From Phoronis australis (Eukaryota > Animalia > Phoronida): DNA of 64,000 nucleotides. The translations under genes were made by a program, and so were the position numbers. Where the stretch lies: NCBI GenBank assembly GCA_002633005.1, contig NMRA01000067.1, positions 372,010 to 436,009 of the forward strand, written 5' to 3'. Positions 1 through 12,339 of this stretch are shown here, one piece after another; the first letter of the stretch is position 1; every line of letters starts with the position of its first letter. The notes below the pieces were generated by a model, which worked only from the letters and a program-made list of their open reading frames with translations, made no database searches and was not told where the DNA came from.

Positions 1-80
1 TGGTATTTGGGCAAGAAAAACAATACATTTATAGACACATTTTGGATCATTTTTGATGAAATATTTGCCTTGTTTGCCAG

Positions 81-971
81 GTATCATGGAAATCTGAGCC
101 AGATGAGAGTTGTGTTAGTGAGCTGAGGACACTGAAGTTACGATACTTCACACCCAGAGAAATAGCCAATCTTCTGTGCTTCCCCCTTCAGTTTGGTAAG
201 TCATAATTTGGAAACCTCTTACAATCGTTCACACAAAATTTTGTCTCCCATCACAATGCTGGGGCGGATCCAAGACTTTTTAAAAGGGGGGTTCGGATCA
301 AGGATTTTTTTAAAAAAGGGGGATTCAAGTCAACAATTTGAAAATTCTAGATTTGATATCACTAAAATCAAGGGGAAAAAGGGTGGGGGTGGGTCCAGAC
401 CCCCTTGAACCCCCATGGATTCACCTATGTAATGGCTAAATCTCTTTTATTTAAAAATAATGTGTAATGATTATTTCTGCAAAATCCTAGCATTTTCGCA
501 TAATTAGCATTCAGGTAAATTCTTTGTTACCCTGAATGGCTTCGGCCATGAATTTCTCTTGCTGTCAGTCCTCACGGTGGGGAATTCTGGTTCATTATGT
601 CTAATTTGCCATGCATTGTATTCTAAGAATCAGTACACAAGAGGTGGTGCTGTAGATCCTTTGAGAGCCTGGAGCATTGCCCTGGTCGGAGAAACAATGG
701 AATAACTAAAATGTAAACTCATTAATTTATGTTTATGATGTTATGCTTTCAATGTGTTTATTCAAGTGCCAGCAAGAACACCATCTATTCACTTCATCTT
801 CTGCAGACTTTTTGTGTGAGTATCCACCAAGTTCAATGTTCTATTGACAGTGATGCTCAATTTTCAGATTTCCCACCAGATATCAGTATGAAGCAGAAAT
901 ACAGAGTGTTGGGTAACAGTCTTAGTGTAGGAGTAGTCGCCATGCTGATTCGTCTGTTAGTCCATGGGTAA
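81..971 (+). CDS. TRDMT1: tRNA (cytosine-38 C5) methyltransferase DNMT2/TRDMT1, last two coding exons, join(81..195,868..971); 5' part lies outside the window
   Basis: Exon 81-195 (ccag| ... G|gtaagt) reads VSWKSEPDESCVSELRTLKLRYFTPREIANLLCFPLQF. It joins in phase 1 to ttttcag|868-971, DFPPDISMKQKYRVLGNSLSVGVVAMLIRLLVHG*. LRYFTPREIANL..FP and YRxLGNS are C5-methyltransferase motifs IX/X in their DNMT2 form. AATAAA at 1653-1658. Confidence 0.93.
259..429. mobile_element. MITE (ggcggatcca-type TIR) in a TRDMT1 intron
   Basis: Imperfect TIR ctggggcggatcca ... tggattcacctatg; flanks caatg/taatg (5-bp TSD, 1 mismatch). Confidence 0.6.
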
Positions 972-1312
972 CTTGGGTTGGTTGAGGCCGCATACGAACA
1001 GATTTGGTCGAGTCATTAAGTGCCAGAAAAAATCAGAGTTGCAGCAATTAGTTTTGTCTCTGAAGGAGACAGTGAACTCCACTCAGTGTGCATTGTTGTC
1101 ATGGTAACGAAGAAATAATGGTGTGATGGTAAATTATGTTTTCAATCAAAAATATGTTTACGTTAATTCTTCACATCGTTGGTACAAAATAGTCAGCAAA
1201 ATTGTCATTGTTTTGGTTTTTCAAAGACCGATTGCAGTACAAGCCAAAACTTTTCAGACAAAATGACCCAGAACTCCCTGTCATGATGGCTGGGTGGAAG
1301 TCGAATTCATTG

Positions 1313-1362
1313 TCAGAGTAGTCTCCCCTGATGACCATCAGAGTAGTCTCCCCTGATGACCA
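1313..1362 (+). repeat. Perfect 25-bp tandem duplication in the TRDMT1 3' region
   Basis: tcagagtagtctcccctgatgacca x2. Confidence 0.9.
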
Positions 1363-1984
1363 AGAATGAAGGGGAATTAACAGGAAAGTTAGTAAGGTGG
1401 CTAAGCCACGCTGTAACTTGACTTTTGCAGCCCTAAAACTTATTACCGGTAATTTTTTGCTGTTAACAGAATTAGCTGTCATGGTGGCACATGTGGTATT
1501 GTGGCTGATTAGTTTTGTCTTGTAATGTACCTTGGTGCAATTTATGGAATCTGCCCGATGTTCTCTTGTCACATCTACACAGGACTCACAAAGACGATTA
1601 CAGACTAAAATTTTTCTTAACTGTTTTGTCTTTGTTTGGAAATTTGACAATTAATAAAATTTCACTCGTGTACTATGATCATAATTGTGCGCTAAATAGT
1701 GAAGAATTTTACTTAATATTCTTTCAAACACAATCAAGTTGTGTACAAATATATTTTTTTGTGAATTTGTGTGTGACATCACAAACAGAACTCATTCTTG
1801 CAGAAGTAGATGCAAACTGCAAGTAAGTGGCCAGTTTCTGTGGTGTACATTAGAACAACACTGAACTAAAATATTACTGCTGTGAAATTTTTTTCACTTG
1901 AATACCAATCTCCGATTAATTGGTTTACATGTCAGACCATATTTTCTGTCTAACACTTAGCACAAGAGAAAGATATATTCATCA

Positions 1985-2260
1985 TAGCAAAACAACGGTA
2001 TCAATAGCGTGCCCAAATTTCGTTTGTTGTAAATGTTAATTATGAAATCTCAAAAGTGACTGTTTTCTAAATTATTATTCGGTTTTCCTATTACGCAACT
2101 TTCGATTTTTTCACAAAAATCATGAAAATCCTACTTTTATGATAGCCTTTCATGCAAAAATGGAACACTTTGGAGCACTATGCATGCAGCATGGTATCTG
2201 AAGTATTCATGTGAATCTGATCACCCAGTTCTTAGATATGGTGTTCTGACGTTGGCCGTT
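1985..2260 (+). repeat. Dispersed repeat, copy 1 (copy 2 at ~8216-8480)
   Basis: Shared colinear blocks atagcaaaacaac.g.atcaata, caaatttcgt, tttctaaattat, tcacaaaaatcat, tgcaaaa.tggaaca, gtgaatc.ga.cac.cagtt. Confidence 0.7.
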
Positions 2261-3336
2261 TTTCTAGAGTCGTGCATAACCTTGATTGCTACTTTGCTGT
2301 AGACATGGCTTCAAATACCAAATAAATGATCTAAACTTCCTGGTATCCCTTAACTGTTCGAAAATACCACTTGATAATTCTTTTTGGTTTCGCTACAATT
2401 GGTCAGTGCACCTGTGTTTGTAGTGTGATGTCACAACTGTAGGTGGCACAACAAGCGCACCGTAAATGGTCCACAGATATTTTCACATGCTGATTTTCTG
2501 GATATCTTTTTACTCGGGTCAATAAAAGCAAAATTTTCGTAGATGCTTGGTATTCTTTATATATAAATTTTGGTTTGTACACCTAAAAGTGTGATAGTTT
2601 CCTTCCAAGTAGGTGAGGTCATGTTTGATACATAGAGTTTTCACCAGGAGACAAAATCTTTATGTATGAAACAGGTAACTGTTTAGTTCCAGACTGGATT
2701 TATTTAACTATCAAGTGAAAATGATCTCGTAATGGTTTTTGCATGTGACTCAAATTCATCAGAACCGGTTCCTTTTGTTTCCTTTTATCAAAGAATGTAA
2801 TAGATTACTTACTGTGTTCGGGTATACTGTGCAGACCACTACTGAACTTCCAAATCGTGGGAGGTCTGATGCATTGCTTGGGAAGTGTTTCGTTACATTA
2901 GTGATTCGTGAGACACTTGTGACCAGATATCTCGGTTTATGCCATGGAAATAGCGAATATTTCCCATAAATCAACAGTTCTGATTATTGTCAGCGGCAGC
3001 CATTTTGCTAGTGTATGTTAGTCTCTCATAACGTGTAGCTACAATTATCACTGGCACAGTTGTAAGGCTAGCGTCTTCCAAGTTTGGCGAGATCACACCA
3101 GAGAAACGCAAGATCTTGTGATTAGTCACACACTGTCTCATGAAATTGATTTCAAGATCTTGGGAGACTTTCAGAAAGCAATGTTGGCCGATAAGGTGAA
3201 CTCTTATTGCCACCTGGCTGTAATAGGAGATGTTACTTCTTTGAAGCAGGTGGAGAAGCATTTTGATTTAAGTTTGTGAAATGACCCATTTACAGTGCAT
3301 GTGATTTGAAGTGATGTGTTTTAAACAAAAGTTAAA

Positions 3337-3400
3337 TTACCTCCTCGTCCTCCAAAGGCCACTAGTATCTGGTCCCACGTGACCAGTCGCCACCTTGTCA
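3337..3400 (-). CDS. Candidate alternative terminal exon of the CSRP-like gene
   Basis: A phase-2 join gives (S)DKVATGHVGPDTSGLWRTRR*, with HVGxxT in the same register as in the 3885-3933 exon ([13 protein letters not shown]). It needs the distal AG of tttagAG. Downstream AATAAA at 2699-2704 (minus strand). Confidence 0.35.
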
Positions 3401-3884
3401 CTCTAAAGAGTGCAGTTTCACATTGTACTTACAGCTGTACAGGTTGTGATTTTTTATGTGTGTACTAGATCGGTATATTGGAGAAGTCAACTGCAGGTTG
3501 TCAATAAGTATTTATTCTGGATACAATGACAGACATATTTGTTTATCAAATCCTAACAACCATGAAACTTGATAGAGACTATTGACAGACTCTAATGAAG
3601 CGGCATTTCAGATAAAAATTTTAAAAAAATCAATGTTGAATTACAAAAGCACAGGGTCAGTAACTGACAGCAAATTCTGGTCGGCACCGAACTTGTGATA
3701 GCTGCCCCTCGAAAACCATGCGTCAATCCCCGTAAATATTCATTTATGGAGATGGACAAGGTCGTCCTAAGATCCATGACGCCATTTACTGTACAGCTCG
3801 TTCACATCCCCAACAAGCAGCATCACTCGTGACCCCACCCGTGTCCATAGTTACGTTTTAAACAATATTATATCCTAGTAACAT

Positions 3885-6263
3885 TTACTTGTCCGCGGTA
3901 CTTTCGCCGACGTGCTCGTATGTGGGAGCATTGCTGAAACGAATAAAGTAGTTGTATTAATGTTGGAAACTGCGCGTTCGTGTATTTTGGGGGAAGTGGA
4001 GGACCACCATAGTCTTTGTGATCAGATGTCCTCTGCCTCAGGATCTTACCATGGCCAAACATTGGATTCAAATAGATTTTGAACATACAGTTTAGTGCGA
4101 AATATTCCAATTACTGCAGTGAGTGTTTGTGTGTTAATTAAGCCATGGTAAATTTCTTAAACTTTGCAATCAGATTCGGGGTAACCTCTAACGAAAGCGA
4201 AATCAGTTTTATATACAGATTTAAAAGTTTCTTCTGTTAGTGAGTAAGTCATCAGTTGCAACATACATGTAATTTGGGTTTGCTTAGCGCAGTCTTTATT
4301 TTTAAAACGGTTGTAAACCCGCCTTCGATCAAAAAATATTTTAATTTAGACCACAAGCTTATCGTTAAGACATTAGTGAAAATGAGATTGGAAAGAACGG
4401 CCAGGTTATCATTGGTCGAGACGAGACGAGGCGCTACAAGTTGACTCGTTACCGCGAGCTGTAAGTCATTTCTTTGCAAGACCAAAAATCACTTCTCACC
4501 CGAGTAAGTAACGAGTTTAGACCAGTTTTATGTCGGCAAGTGGTCANTGTAGGGTGAAAAAAAAACGTGCTTCCCAAACCTACCCTCAGGGACCTCGCTC
4601 ACCTGAGGGGAAAGGCGCCGGTGCCTTCCGAGAGAGGAATTTTTGTTTGAGGGGAAAATCACCCAGCCTCGGTCGCCACCTCTCGTCGGCAATTGCCCCA
4701 GTACCCAAAATTCACGTTTCGAAGAAGTGATTCTAACCTTGAGAGATTTTTTTAATTAATGGATGGCATTTTGGGTCCTAGCGCTGAGGGCATTTTTCGC
4801 GTGATTTGTAGTTGTTGTTGGGGGAGGGCGCGGTCCCTACACTACTATACAAGATATTTCCGCTGCAACTTTACTCATAACCAGCTCGCAACCGTCCTTC
4901 CGTCCCCTCGAAGGTGCCCTACTGTTTTACCTTCGCTCCCTTTCCCGGTCGTCACCAAAGTACCAAGCAGCCTTTTCTTGATAACCTTTCCCGTTCTCTA
5001 CCATCTTTCCCCTCTGCCCCCAGTTCGCCACTCAGCAGCCGTGGCGGACATTCCTGGACTGTTCGAAATACTTACGACATCTCTCCCTTCTTGCAACCGA
5101 ACTGGCTTCCCGTCTCAGTACTCAGTGCACCGGCCCCACCTCCGAAACCGTAGCCTTTGGGGCCAAACTTCTTGCCGTAGCAGACCTTACACCAACAGGC
5201 TCCTCCGTGGACGGCTACGGTCGTGCTGTCCAGCATTTTGCCGCACATTCCTGGACGGTAGGGCAAATGAAGCATTATTCGGCTAACAGTGTGTCTTAAA
5301 GAATTACTGAGACAAATGGTTCTCGCTGTTCTCTCTACACGAGTGGGTATTCTAATTTCCTAGCCACACTCGTCAAAAATAAAATGGAGTACCCCCGGGG
5401 TAAGGAGAAACTGACATGTCAGTATAAATTCAGGGCTGAGATCCGGTGTGGCGCGAGTGAAGCTGGTGTGATTCCGTTCTTTCCTTGTAATGCATGGTAA
5501 AATCTCGCGATTGTATTGCGTCTACGAAAGGGGCACCAGTTATTTCGGAGTCAGTCTTCCGACATTAAAACAGAAGTGATTTTCATTGAGTCAGGTGGGT
5601 TATTTTTGCCTGCTAATAAATACGCTTGGTACTGATAATTTTCATCCAGCCCCGCAATATAAATTTTTGAAATTAGTTAAGTTCTCGAAATTGGGAGAAA
5701 ATGGGTTGCAGGTCTTGGTCATGTGATTATGACGTGGCGTGAGTATTTAGTACAAAAAATAACAAGATCTGACAAAGTACACGTATTACTTACCAGCTGT
5801 GCTGTGGGCAGAGTTAAGTAACGCCAGAACCTCGCTAAAAAGCAAGACCTGGCGAGATTACGCAAGATATTGGCGTGTATTTTTAAGCGAGAATACGTGA
5901 TTTTGGCTAGATTTTAGTGAGGTCCCAATGTAGGTCCTATAGCGTTATCGAACTCTACCCTGTTTTATGACATGCATGTCTATTTATAACTGTAACTAAT
6001 TCATACGCAATCCTTTACAAATGTTCGTCATCAATTTCAAAGTATTACTAACTACCACACTGAGGCACCCGCTACTATCACTAGGTTCTGGGTTATGACA
6101 GTCATAAAAAGCGCCACGAAAGCGCGCATTATTTTAGCCGTCACTTACCGCATTTGAAACAAAAGTTATGCCATTTTAGACCGTCGAACGCCCGTTCTTC
6201 GGCCTTGTATACACTCTTTCCACACTTGGGGCACTTTTCTGTCTCGGGTGGCTTGAAAGGCAT
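3885..6263 (-). CDS. CSRP: Single-LIM cysteine/glycine-rich protein (CSRP / muscle LIM protein family), isoform using first coding exon 1B: complement(join(3885..3933,5076..5250,6149..6263)), 112 aa
   Basis: Spliced translation: [38 protein letters not shown]|[58 protein letters not shown]|[16 protein letters not shown]. This is a complete LIM domain (C-x2-C-x17-H-x2-C-x2-C-x2-C-x17-C-x2-C) plus the CRP Gly-rich motif [21 protein letters not shown] sites have matching phases (1 and 2). The last exon is less certain than the first two. Confidence 0.88.
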
Positions 6264-6358
6264 TGTTGGTTAATGTCGTGAGGGGGCAGCACCTGAACGT
6301 TAAAGAGAGATGATGGGAAATGGTAAACACAACGATGGAGGGGTCACACCATACTCAC

Positions 6359-6473
6359 CACATTTAAAGCAAAATTTGTGCCATTTTAAGCCGTCGGCCA
6401 CTTTCTCTTCAGCCTGATAGACTGCCTTCTGGCATGACTGACACTTGAAGATTTCGGGTGGCTTGAATGGCAT
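6359..6473 (-). CDS. CSRP: Alternative duplicated first coding exon 1A of the CSRP/muscle LIM gene
   Basis: tttccatcag|tcATG ... TGT G|gtgagt. Coding length is 115 nt, [38 protein letters not shown]+G, the same length and phase as exon 1B (6149-6263), with all zinc ligands retained. Confidence 0.88.
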
Positions 6474-8215
6474 GACTGATGGAAACAGAAATTAACATTG
6501 AAATAACTGTTTTACATTTCATTTAACACGTAACTTTAATGATTCGAATTCTAGTATTTGCGATGCAAATAACCATTTTCGTAAAGCCTGAACTTCAAGA
6601 CTGAGTTTTTAATAACGTTTATAATTCATTGACCAGGTTTCCAAATTAAGCCAAAACAGTCTATTAAGATGCGTATAATATTCATGAAATGAACGTAATA
6701 ACCCAAACAGCTTATGGCATCTCGAGTAAATGTCCCATGCTGACTCAGTAGTCATTAGCTTAGTGTCTGAGGCTAAGTAATAAGGCTAGAGTTACAACAT
6801 AGTCTCATTTCCTATGTTCAAAATTATTAAATTAAATCATAAATCAAAATGTTTAAATAAAAGTTTGAGTCACGATAGATGGAGTAACTCGGAGGACATG
6901 ACAACTGAGTAAAATGTATCGCATGAATCATTTTTAACCTGATTTATGTTGTCGCAGTATTTTGCCAGGCATTGCTTCCTTCACCAGAGTGACACCTGGC
7001 GTTCTGGCCTAGACTAATTTTGTTTAAACATGCAATGTGATCTCCTATCGTTCAGATATCTGTGTCAAGTTGCGAAACACTTTCAGACTTGATGTGCTAC
7101 TGGGCGCTACAGCCATGCAGAACAGATAGTCAGTCTTTTTATAACATCTGTTAAAAATCTATGGTTTAGTCCAGGAATTTGTGAATCCAGCAAAGGCCAC
7201 AAAACGTTCACCACCAGCGCCGGTATGTTATAGGCGTATATTCAAGTAGCAGACGTGACCTTTCACCTTTTCCGTCCTTATAAGGCTGTGTACGGAGTCA
7301 TCTGTGATTAAACCCACGACTGCGTTACAACAGGTTATTTATTGTTAGAAGTAACAAGTTAGAAAGTGTAAACTCGAGTGCCTATTTATCAAAGTCCCTC
7401 ACGTCTAACAGTTTCGTCAATTTTGAAAAAAAAAAACAATGTTTATACGTGACTCTTGTGACCTAGCAATTTTTCATACTGTAGAACTGTTGGGAGTTCT
7501 AATCCCCAAGTAAAGAATTTTATAAATAGAGGAAAAAATCGCGTCTGGACTCTCAATTTTCCGTGGAGAAGCGACCATACAACGTACATCGTGTATATTG
7601 CTGTGTGTTAGGTGATGACACCAACACTATATTATCGACACGAGGTGGCGCGCTGCCGAAAAGTTCTTGAACTTGGCTCATAAATCTTTTCTAAACGGTA
7701 ATACCTAGATTTTTCAGATTCCAATGATAGATTGGGTCTTACTGGTTAGGCTCGTAACACGATACCATGCTAGCAACCTTGTTCTGCCGTATACGGTCAG
7801 TTCTATCATACTTGCAGGGCAATCTATGGTAAGTTCGATCTCAGTTGCACACTGGCAATCTGACTGCTGAACGCAAATTTTAGAAAAAGTTATTCGGTCA
7901 GTAACGGTAAAACGTATGTATCTTCACAGGTATTAATGGGTCACTCCAAGTATAACACTATGTAGTAGTGTATGTTTATGTTCTTTATACGATTTTCAAT
8001 ACTTACAAGGCAATGTGTGCGCGGAGCGACAAGACTGCACATTTAGCCAAATATCTCAGTTCAAAATTGTAGAATTCAACTCAAGACATTTTTTTATTTT
8101 TGAAAGCAGAAATTGCGTAGAGTTTGATTGTTGACTTTATACCAATCTGACATTAATTAGGTCACCACTTGACCATGCTTTTTAGTAAATTTAGTAAAGT
8201 AGAAACGTACATTTG

Positions 8216-8480
8216 ATAGCAAAACAACAGGATCAATATCAAGAGCAAATTTCGTATGCTCTAAACGTTTCTAAATTATCGTTTCGTTTCCGTTTCACAC
8301 AACTTTTGTCACAAAAATCATTCAAGTCCTATGTTTGACAGCCCCTCGTGCAAAAGTGGAACATTTCAAAGACAATCCCTAACACCGTTTTAGACAACGG
8401 CCTATAAAGCATAATACCTAAAAGTTTCAAGTGAATCCGAACACTCAGTTTTGAGATACGATGTTCCAAACTTGGCCTAT
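8216..8480 (+). repeat. Dispersed repeat, copy 2 (homologous to ~1985-2260)
   Basis: Same colinear blocks as copy 1, same orientation. Confidence 0.7.
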
Positions 8481-11143
8481 GTTGCGCATTTTCTGGGGTC
8501 CTACGGTGGTGAGTTACCTACACGAGTTCATTTTCACGTCAATCTCATTCTGACAATCCACGTAAATTGTAACAATTAACAACTTTCATCCGTTTTATCA
8601 CTCTCCCATTTGACTTTGGCCTCGTGCTCTATTTACAATTGCTTCCCCTGAGTATTTTTCTAATGTTATTTTTACATTCTATTGTATTGCTGCGTTGTTT
8701 TATTTTTTTTTTCGATTGTGTACGACGGTAGAGTCTGAAATGAAGTTCTGAATTCATTCAATACTGTTACAATGTATTCACTGTTGAGACACCGCTTGCA
8801 TATGGAAATGACATCTTAATAACACGACAAAATAAATTCGCCGGTACTTATCGTAAGGAAGCTGTCATTATTTGCTGCAACCAAAAACAGTCAGATCGCC
8901 TGTAATACAAAACGATGTTGACTGTACATTAGTGAATTTTATAGCACGAAGCACTGCCATGGCCCCTACCAACAAATAATTGTGTCAAGTTATTCTTAAA
9001 CTATTCTGAATTTCTCACATCCTCAGAATGACCCTTGTAGCGTTTTACTGGTGGTGATATTTTAGGGGTATTTCTACCATGCTGGCATTTTAGTGAGGTC
9101 ACGAACAGGTGATGTATTCGTAGGCGCGTATTGCCGACGTGTTTGCTGGAACAGTGAAAAAGCGATCACTGGTGCTATGAAGACGAAAAAAGCCACATCA
9201 CAATTTCTAGATTTTCTGTAGAGTAGCATTGCGGGGACTCTTTCCCGGAAATAGCAACACTACCTTCCAAACATTGGCTTAACTCGTACTCATTGTACCG
9301 TCTTCCTGTTCAACTAAGTCGTGTTGCTGCTGTGTCGGGAACTTTTGTAATATCTGCGTTCATCAATATAAAAGTCTAGAATCTAAAAATTATACCTATC
9401 CGTAATAAGCTTAAGCACTTGTCGATACGTGACAAAGGGTGATTCCCTAAAACTATAATGTCTTTGAAATTACATCTTCTCAAGACCGTAAACTCTCAAT
9501 TAGTGGGACTGTAAGGTTATCTCAAACCCAGTTTCCTATTAGTTAGTGATGATCTATTACTATCGACATTTCAAAATGTATAACGTGTACTCTTTCTTTG
9601 CACACCCCTTTTCCTAACACACAGACAACTTCCCTGCTTATTTTTCTCATCTTACAAAAGACCTCCACCGACATTCCATGACGCCACACTGGCGCGTGCG
9701 TGGATAATACCTGACTACACGTATACATGTAAGATTACGTAAACTCTTAATACGTAGATGTCTTGATGGACAGATAAACTGGTTATTCGATACCAAAGCT
9801 TGTTGTGAAGACCTCGGGGGGAGCAAGTCTGACGCCAAACTCCCGAAAACCGAACATGACACTTGCCATTTCACATGTCAGATTTGATTGAAATCTTTAC
9901 CGTCAATTCCTGCTGAATTAGTACGCGGACTTAGAAGGCGCCCTCGGGGCCCAATCCCTGCGGACACGACCAAAAGAGAAAATAGCCTTCGGCAAGCCGT
10001 TTTTGTTTTACATCCTAAATCTGGCCATGGAATGTTGTATACAAGATGTGATATGTTATTTATGGAAAAAAATCGTGTATTTGTAAGTGAAATGGTATTT
10101 GTGACCCTAAGGTCAATAATTCTTATCAATCAAAACGTTACTTACTATAATTTACTCCTATGATAACATGCAAGTGAAAAACGGACTCAAGTATTTGTCA
10201 GTGACCCTAAAGTCAACTATGCTTTTCAGTCTAAACTTTATATGCAATAATTTGCGCGACATGTGATAAAGGCCTGTTCTGCGTTTTTAAATAAAGTTTT
10301 CCCTTTACCTACTATGAAGAGTCCCTTTCAGAGATTGTGAGAACTATTTTGATGTCTGTAGCAGGGGAGAAAACTTATTCTCAAAATGCGTTCTCGTCTT
10401 CCAAAACAGTTACACTTGATCCCATCTGGATACTTTCCTTAAACTGGGTGTTTTTCTGTTTGTGATGTTTACCTTTACAAAATATCCCGGCAGTGGCATG
10501 TGAACATGGTACTTGATTAATTCAAACTACTTACTCTCTACATATTGTTTTAATTATGCCGTCTAACGATCCTCAGTAGAGTTATGAAAATAAAACTGAG
10601 AAAACACGAAAATCAAAGAACAATTGGAAGCGCAATTTTTTGAATTAGTGCTATACATATGGATCCTAACTACGTGACATTTCTAAGCCTTAGTTCAAAT
10701 GCATAAAGACCTGATAAAGACATTGAAAATTTAGTGGTCTATTTTCGACAGTGAATTTGAAACATAAACATTCGCTGTCTAAATATCTATTTGACTTAAG
10801 TACACTCTTTAATTCACCAGTGTGCTACACCAGTGTAACCGATGTATGTTTAACGTTTAGATGACCATGTCCACCATTTCTTGTACCATCGAAAGTTGAC
10901 CGGCCTTACCTGAAACTATCGACGATAACGAGCAAAGGTCTGTCTACCAAGCAGGACGGCCACAAAGTGAAATCTTGTGAACTTACTCGCTTGATATGGC
11001 AAAGCAAAGTTTAGTCAATAGTTCGGATTTTGACGTCTCAAACTGGTATTGACTTGTCCCACCGACCCTACCAACTTTAGATGCATGGCATGACAGAAAA
11101 CACGTGCGGGACGGTAGAACGGATAGAAAATACATCGTATTAT

Positions 11144-11549
11144 TGCTGTGCTTGAACTTGAAATTCTGCTTAATCTCAAGATCGCGTATGCGTGAACTTG
11201 GAATACCCTAGGAAACATAGAAAATTCACTCAAATAATCACGTTCTCTTATAAAAGAAAAAGAAATGCATTGCGCACTAAAGAAAAATCAAATTTAAAAA
11301 AAATCAATTATAACCAACCTTTATTGTTTTGGCGAACTTACTCGCCAAACAATAACTATTCACACACTCCCCCGATTCTGTGACACACCTTCCGGTAAAA
11401 GAGAAAATTGTTGATCGCGGGACAATAGTGAGAAAGATTCTTTACAATGAATAAAAACTTTTTTCCTGATTACTTTAACGAACATTTCACTCCTAGTTCA
11501 CGCATACGCGATCTCGAGATTGAGTAAAATTCCAAGTTCACACACGGCA
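11144..11549. mobile_element. ~400-bp MITE with ~60-bp terminal inverted repeats
   Basis: Left tgctgtgcttgaacttgaaattctgcttaatctcaagatcgcgtatgcgtgaacttgga matches the reverse complement of the right end, tgccgtgtgtgaacttggaattttactcaatctcgagatcgcgtatgcgtgaactagga. Confidence 0.75.
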
Positions 11550-11980
11550 TCATCATCTCTGTCAGTTGAGATTCGACGTCCTGGCGCCCCGCAATGTGGA
11601 TCACAGAACTCCTATAAAAAGTCTTGGCCAGTGCTATTCATTTCCCAGAGAAATTTTGGAAACATGGATTGGGAAATGGGCTAGATAACTTATCTGCGTC
11701 GTTTGCCTGGCAAAGTATATTTTCTCGCAACCTGGTTAGCAATGCCTCAAAAGCACTAATTTGCTTGAATATGTAAAAAAACTCGTAGACAAATATGGAA
11801 GTGTGTAACTCGATTCAAAGAGAAGCGCTATTTTTAGAACGGCGCGCTCTGACTTGTAAACACACTAATGCCTACGAGAAACGTGGGTGTTATCAAGGCA
11901 TAAACGTTGAACTCTGAAATCTAAGGATCAATGGTCACTGGCTGAAAATTCATTGTAATGAAAGGGAAACATTACCGCGA

Positions 11981-12041
11981 CAACAATAACAACAACAACG
12001 ACAACAACAACAACAACAACAACAACAAAAACGACGACGAC
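11981..12041 (+). repeat. (CAA)n/(CGA)n microsatellite
   Basis: caacaataacaacaacaacgacaacaacaacaac...acgacgacga; explains the poly-Val ORF 11928-12149. Confidence 0.9.
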
Positions 12042-12339
12042 TGGTGAGGACGTTGAACACGCGCAATCATTACTTCCAAAATACTGATAAATTTCAATTA
12101 TTGTGAACAGAGAAGCTTTAGACAATTGTATGTTAGGAAGTTTTTTCACGTCGAGTGTATGTGTAATCCGTGAAAAGTAAACAAGTAATTAATGTCTATG
12201 GTCACACGCAATTGCTTAGATGGTTAGAAGACTTGAATCTTCATACGTTTCCAGCGGAATGCTATCGTGGGCCGTTTAGAGGAAAGTGTCGTTCGTATTT
12301 TACGACCGTAATCGTTATATTCAATGAGGTTTGCACATG

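Noticed and set aside
532-553. Hammerhead ribozyme candidate (ctgaa-tggc-ttcg-gcca-tgaa with a UUCG tetraloop)
   Set aside because: The core does not match CUGANGA...GAAA and no stems I/III are evident. Other ctgatga sites I checked also lacked a paired GAAA.
1171-1650. 159-aa minus-strand ORF
   Set aside because: Antisense to the TRDMT1 3' UTR, non-ATG start, no LIM or other motif.
5053-5075. 22-nt mini-intron after the LIM exon (gtaagt...ccag)
   Set aside because: Too short for normal splicing, and the downstream frame has no CRP similarity.
4759-5286. 175-aa plus-strand ORF
   Set aside because: Antisense to the LIM exon 5076-5250 and its GC-rich flank; no recognisable domain.
11928-12149. 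Poly-valine membrane peptide ORF
   Set aside because: It is the translation of a (CAA)n microsatellite.
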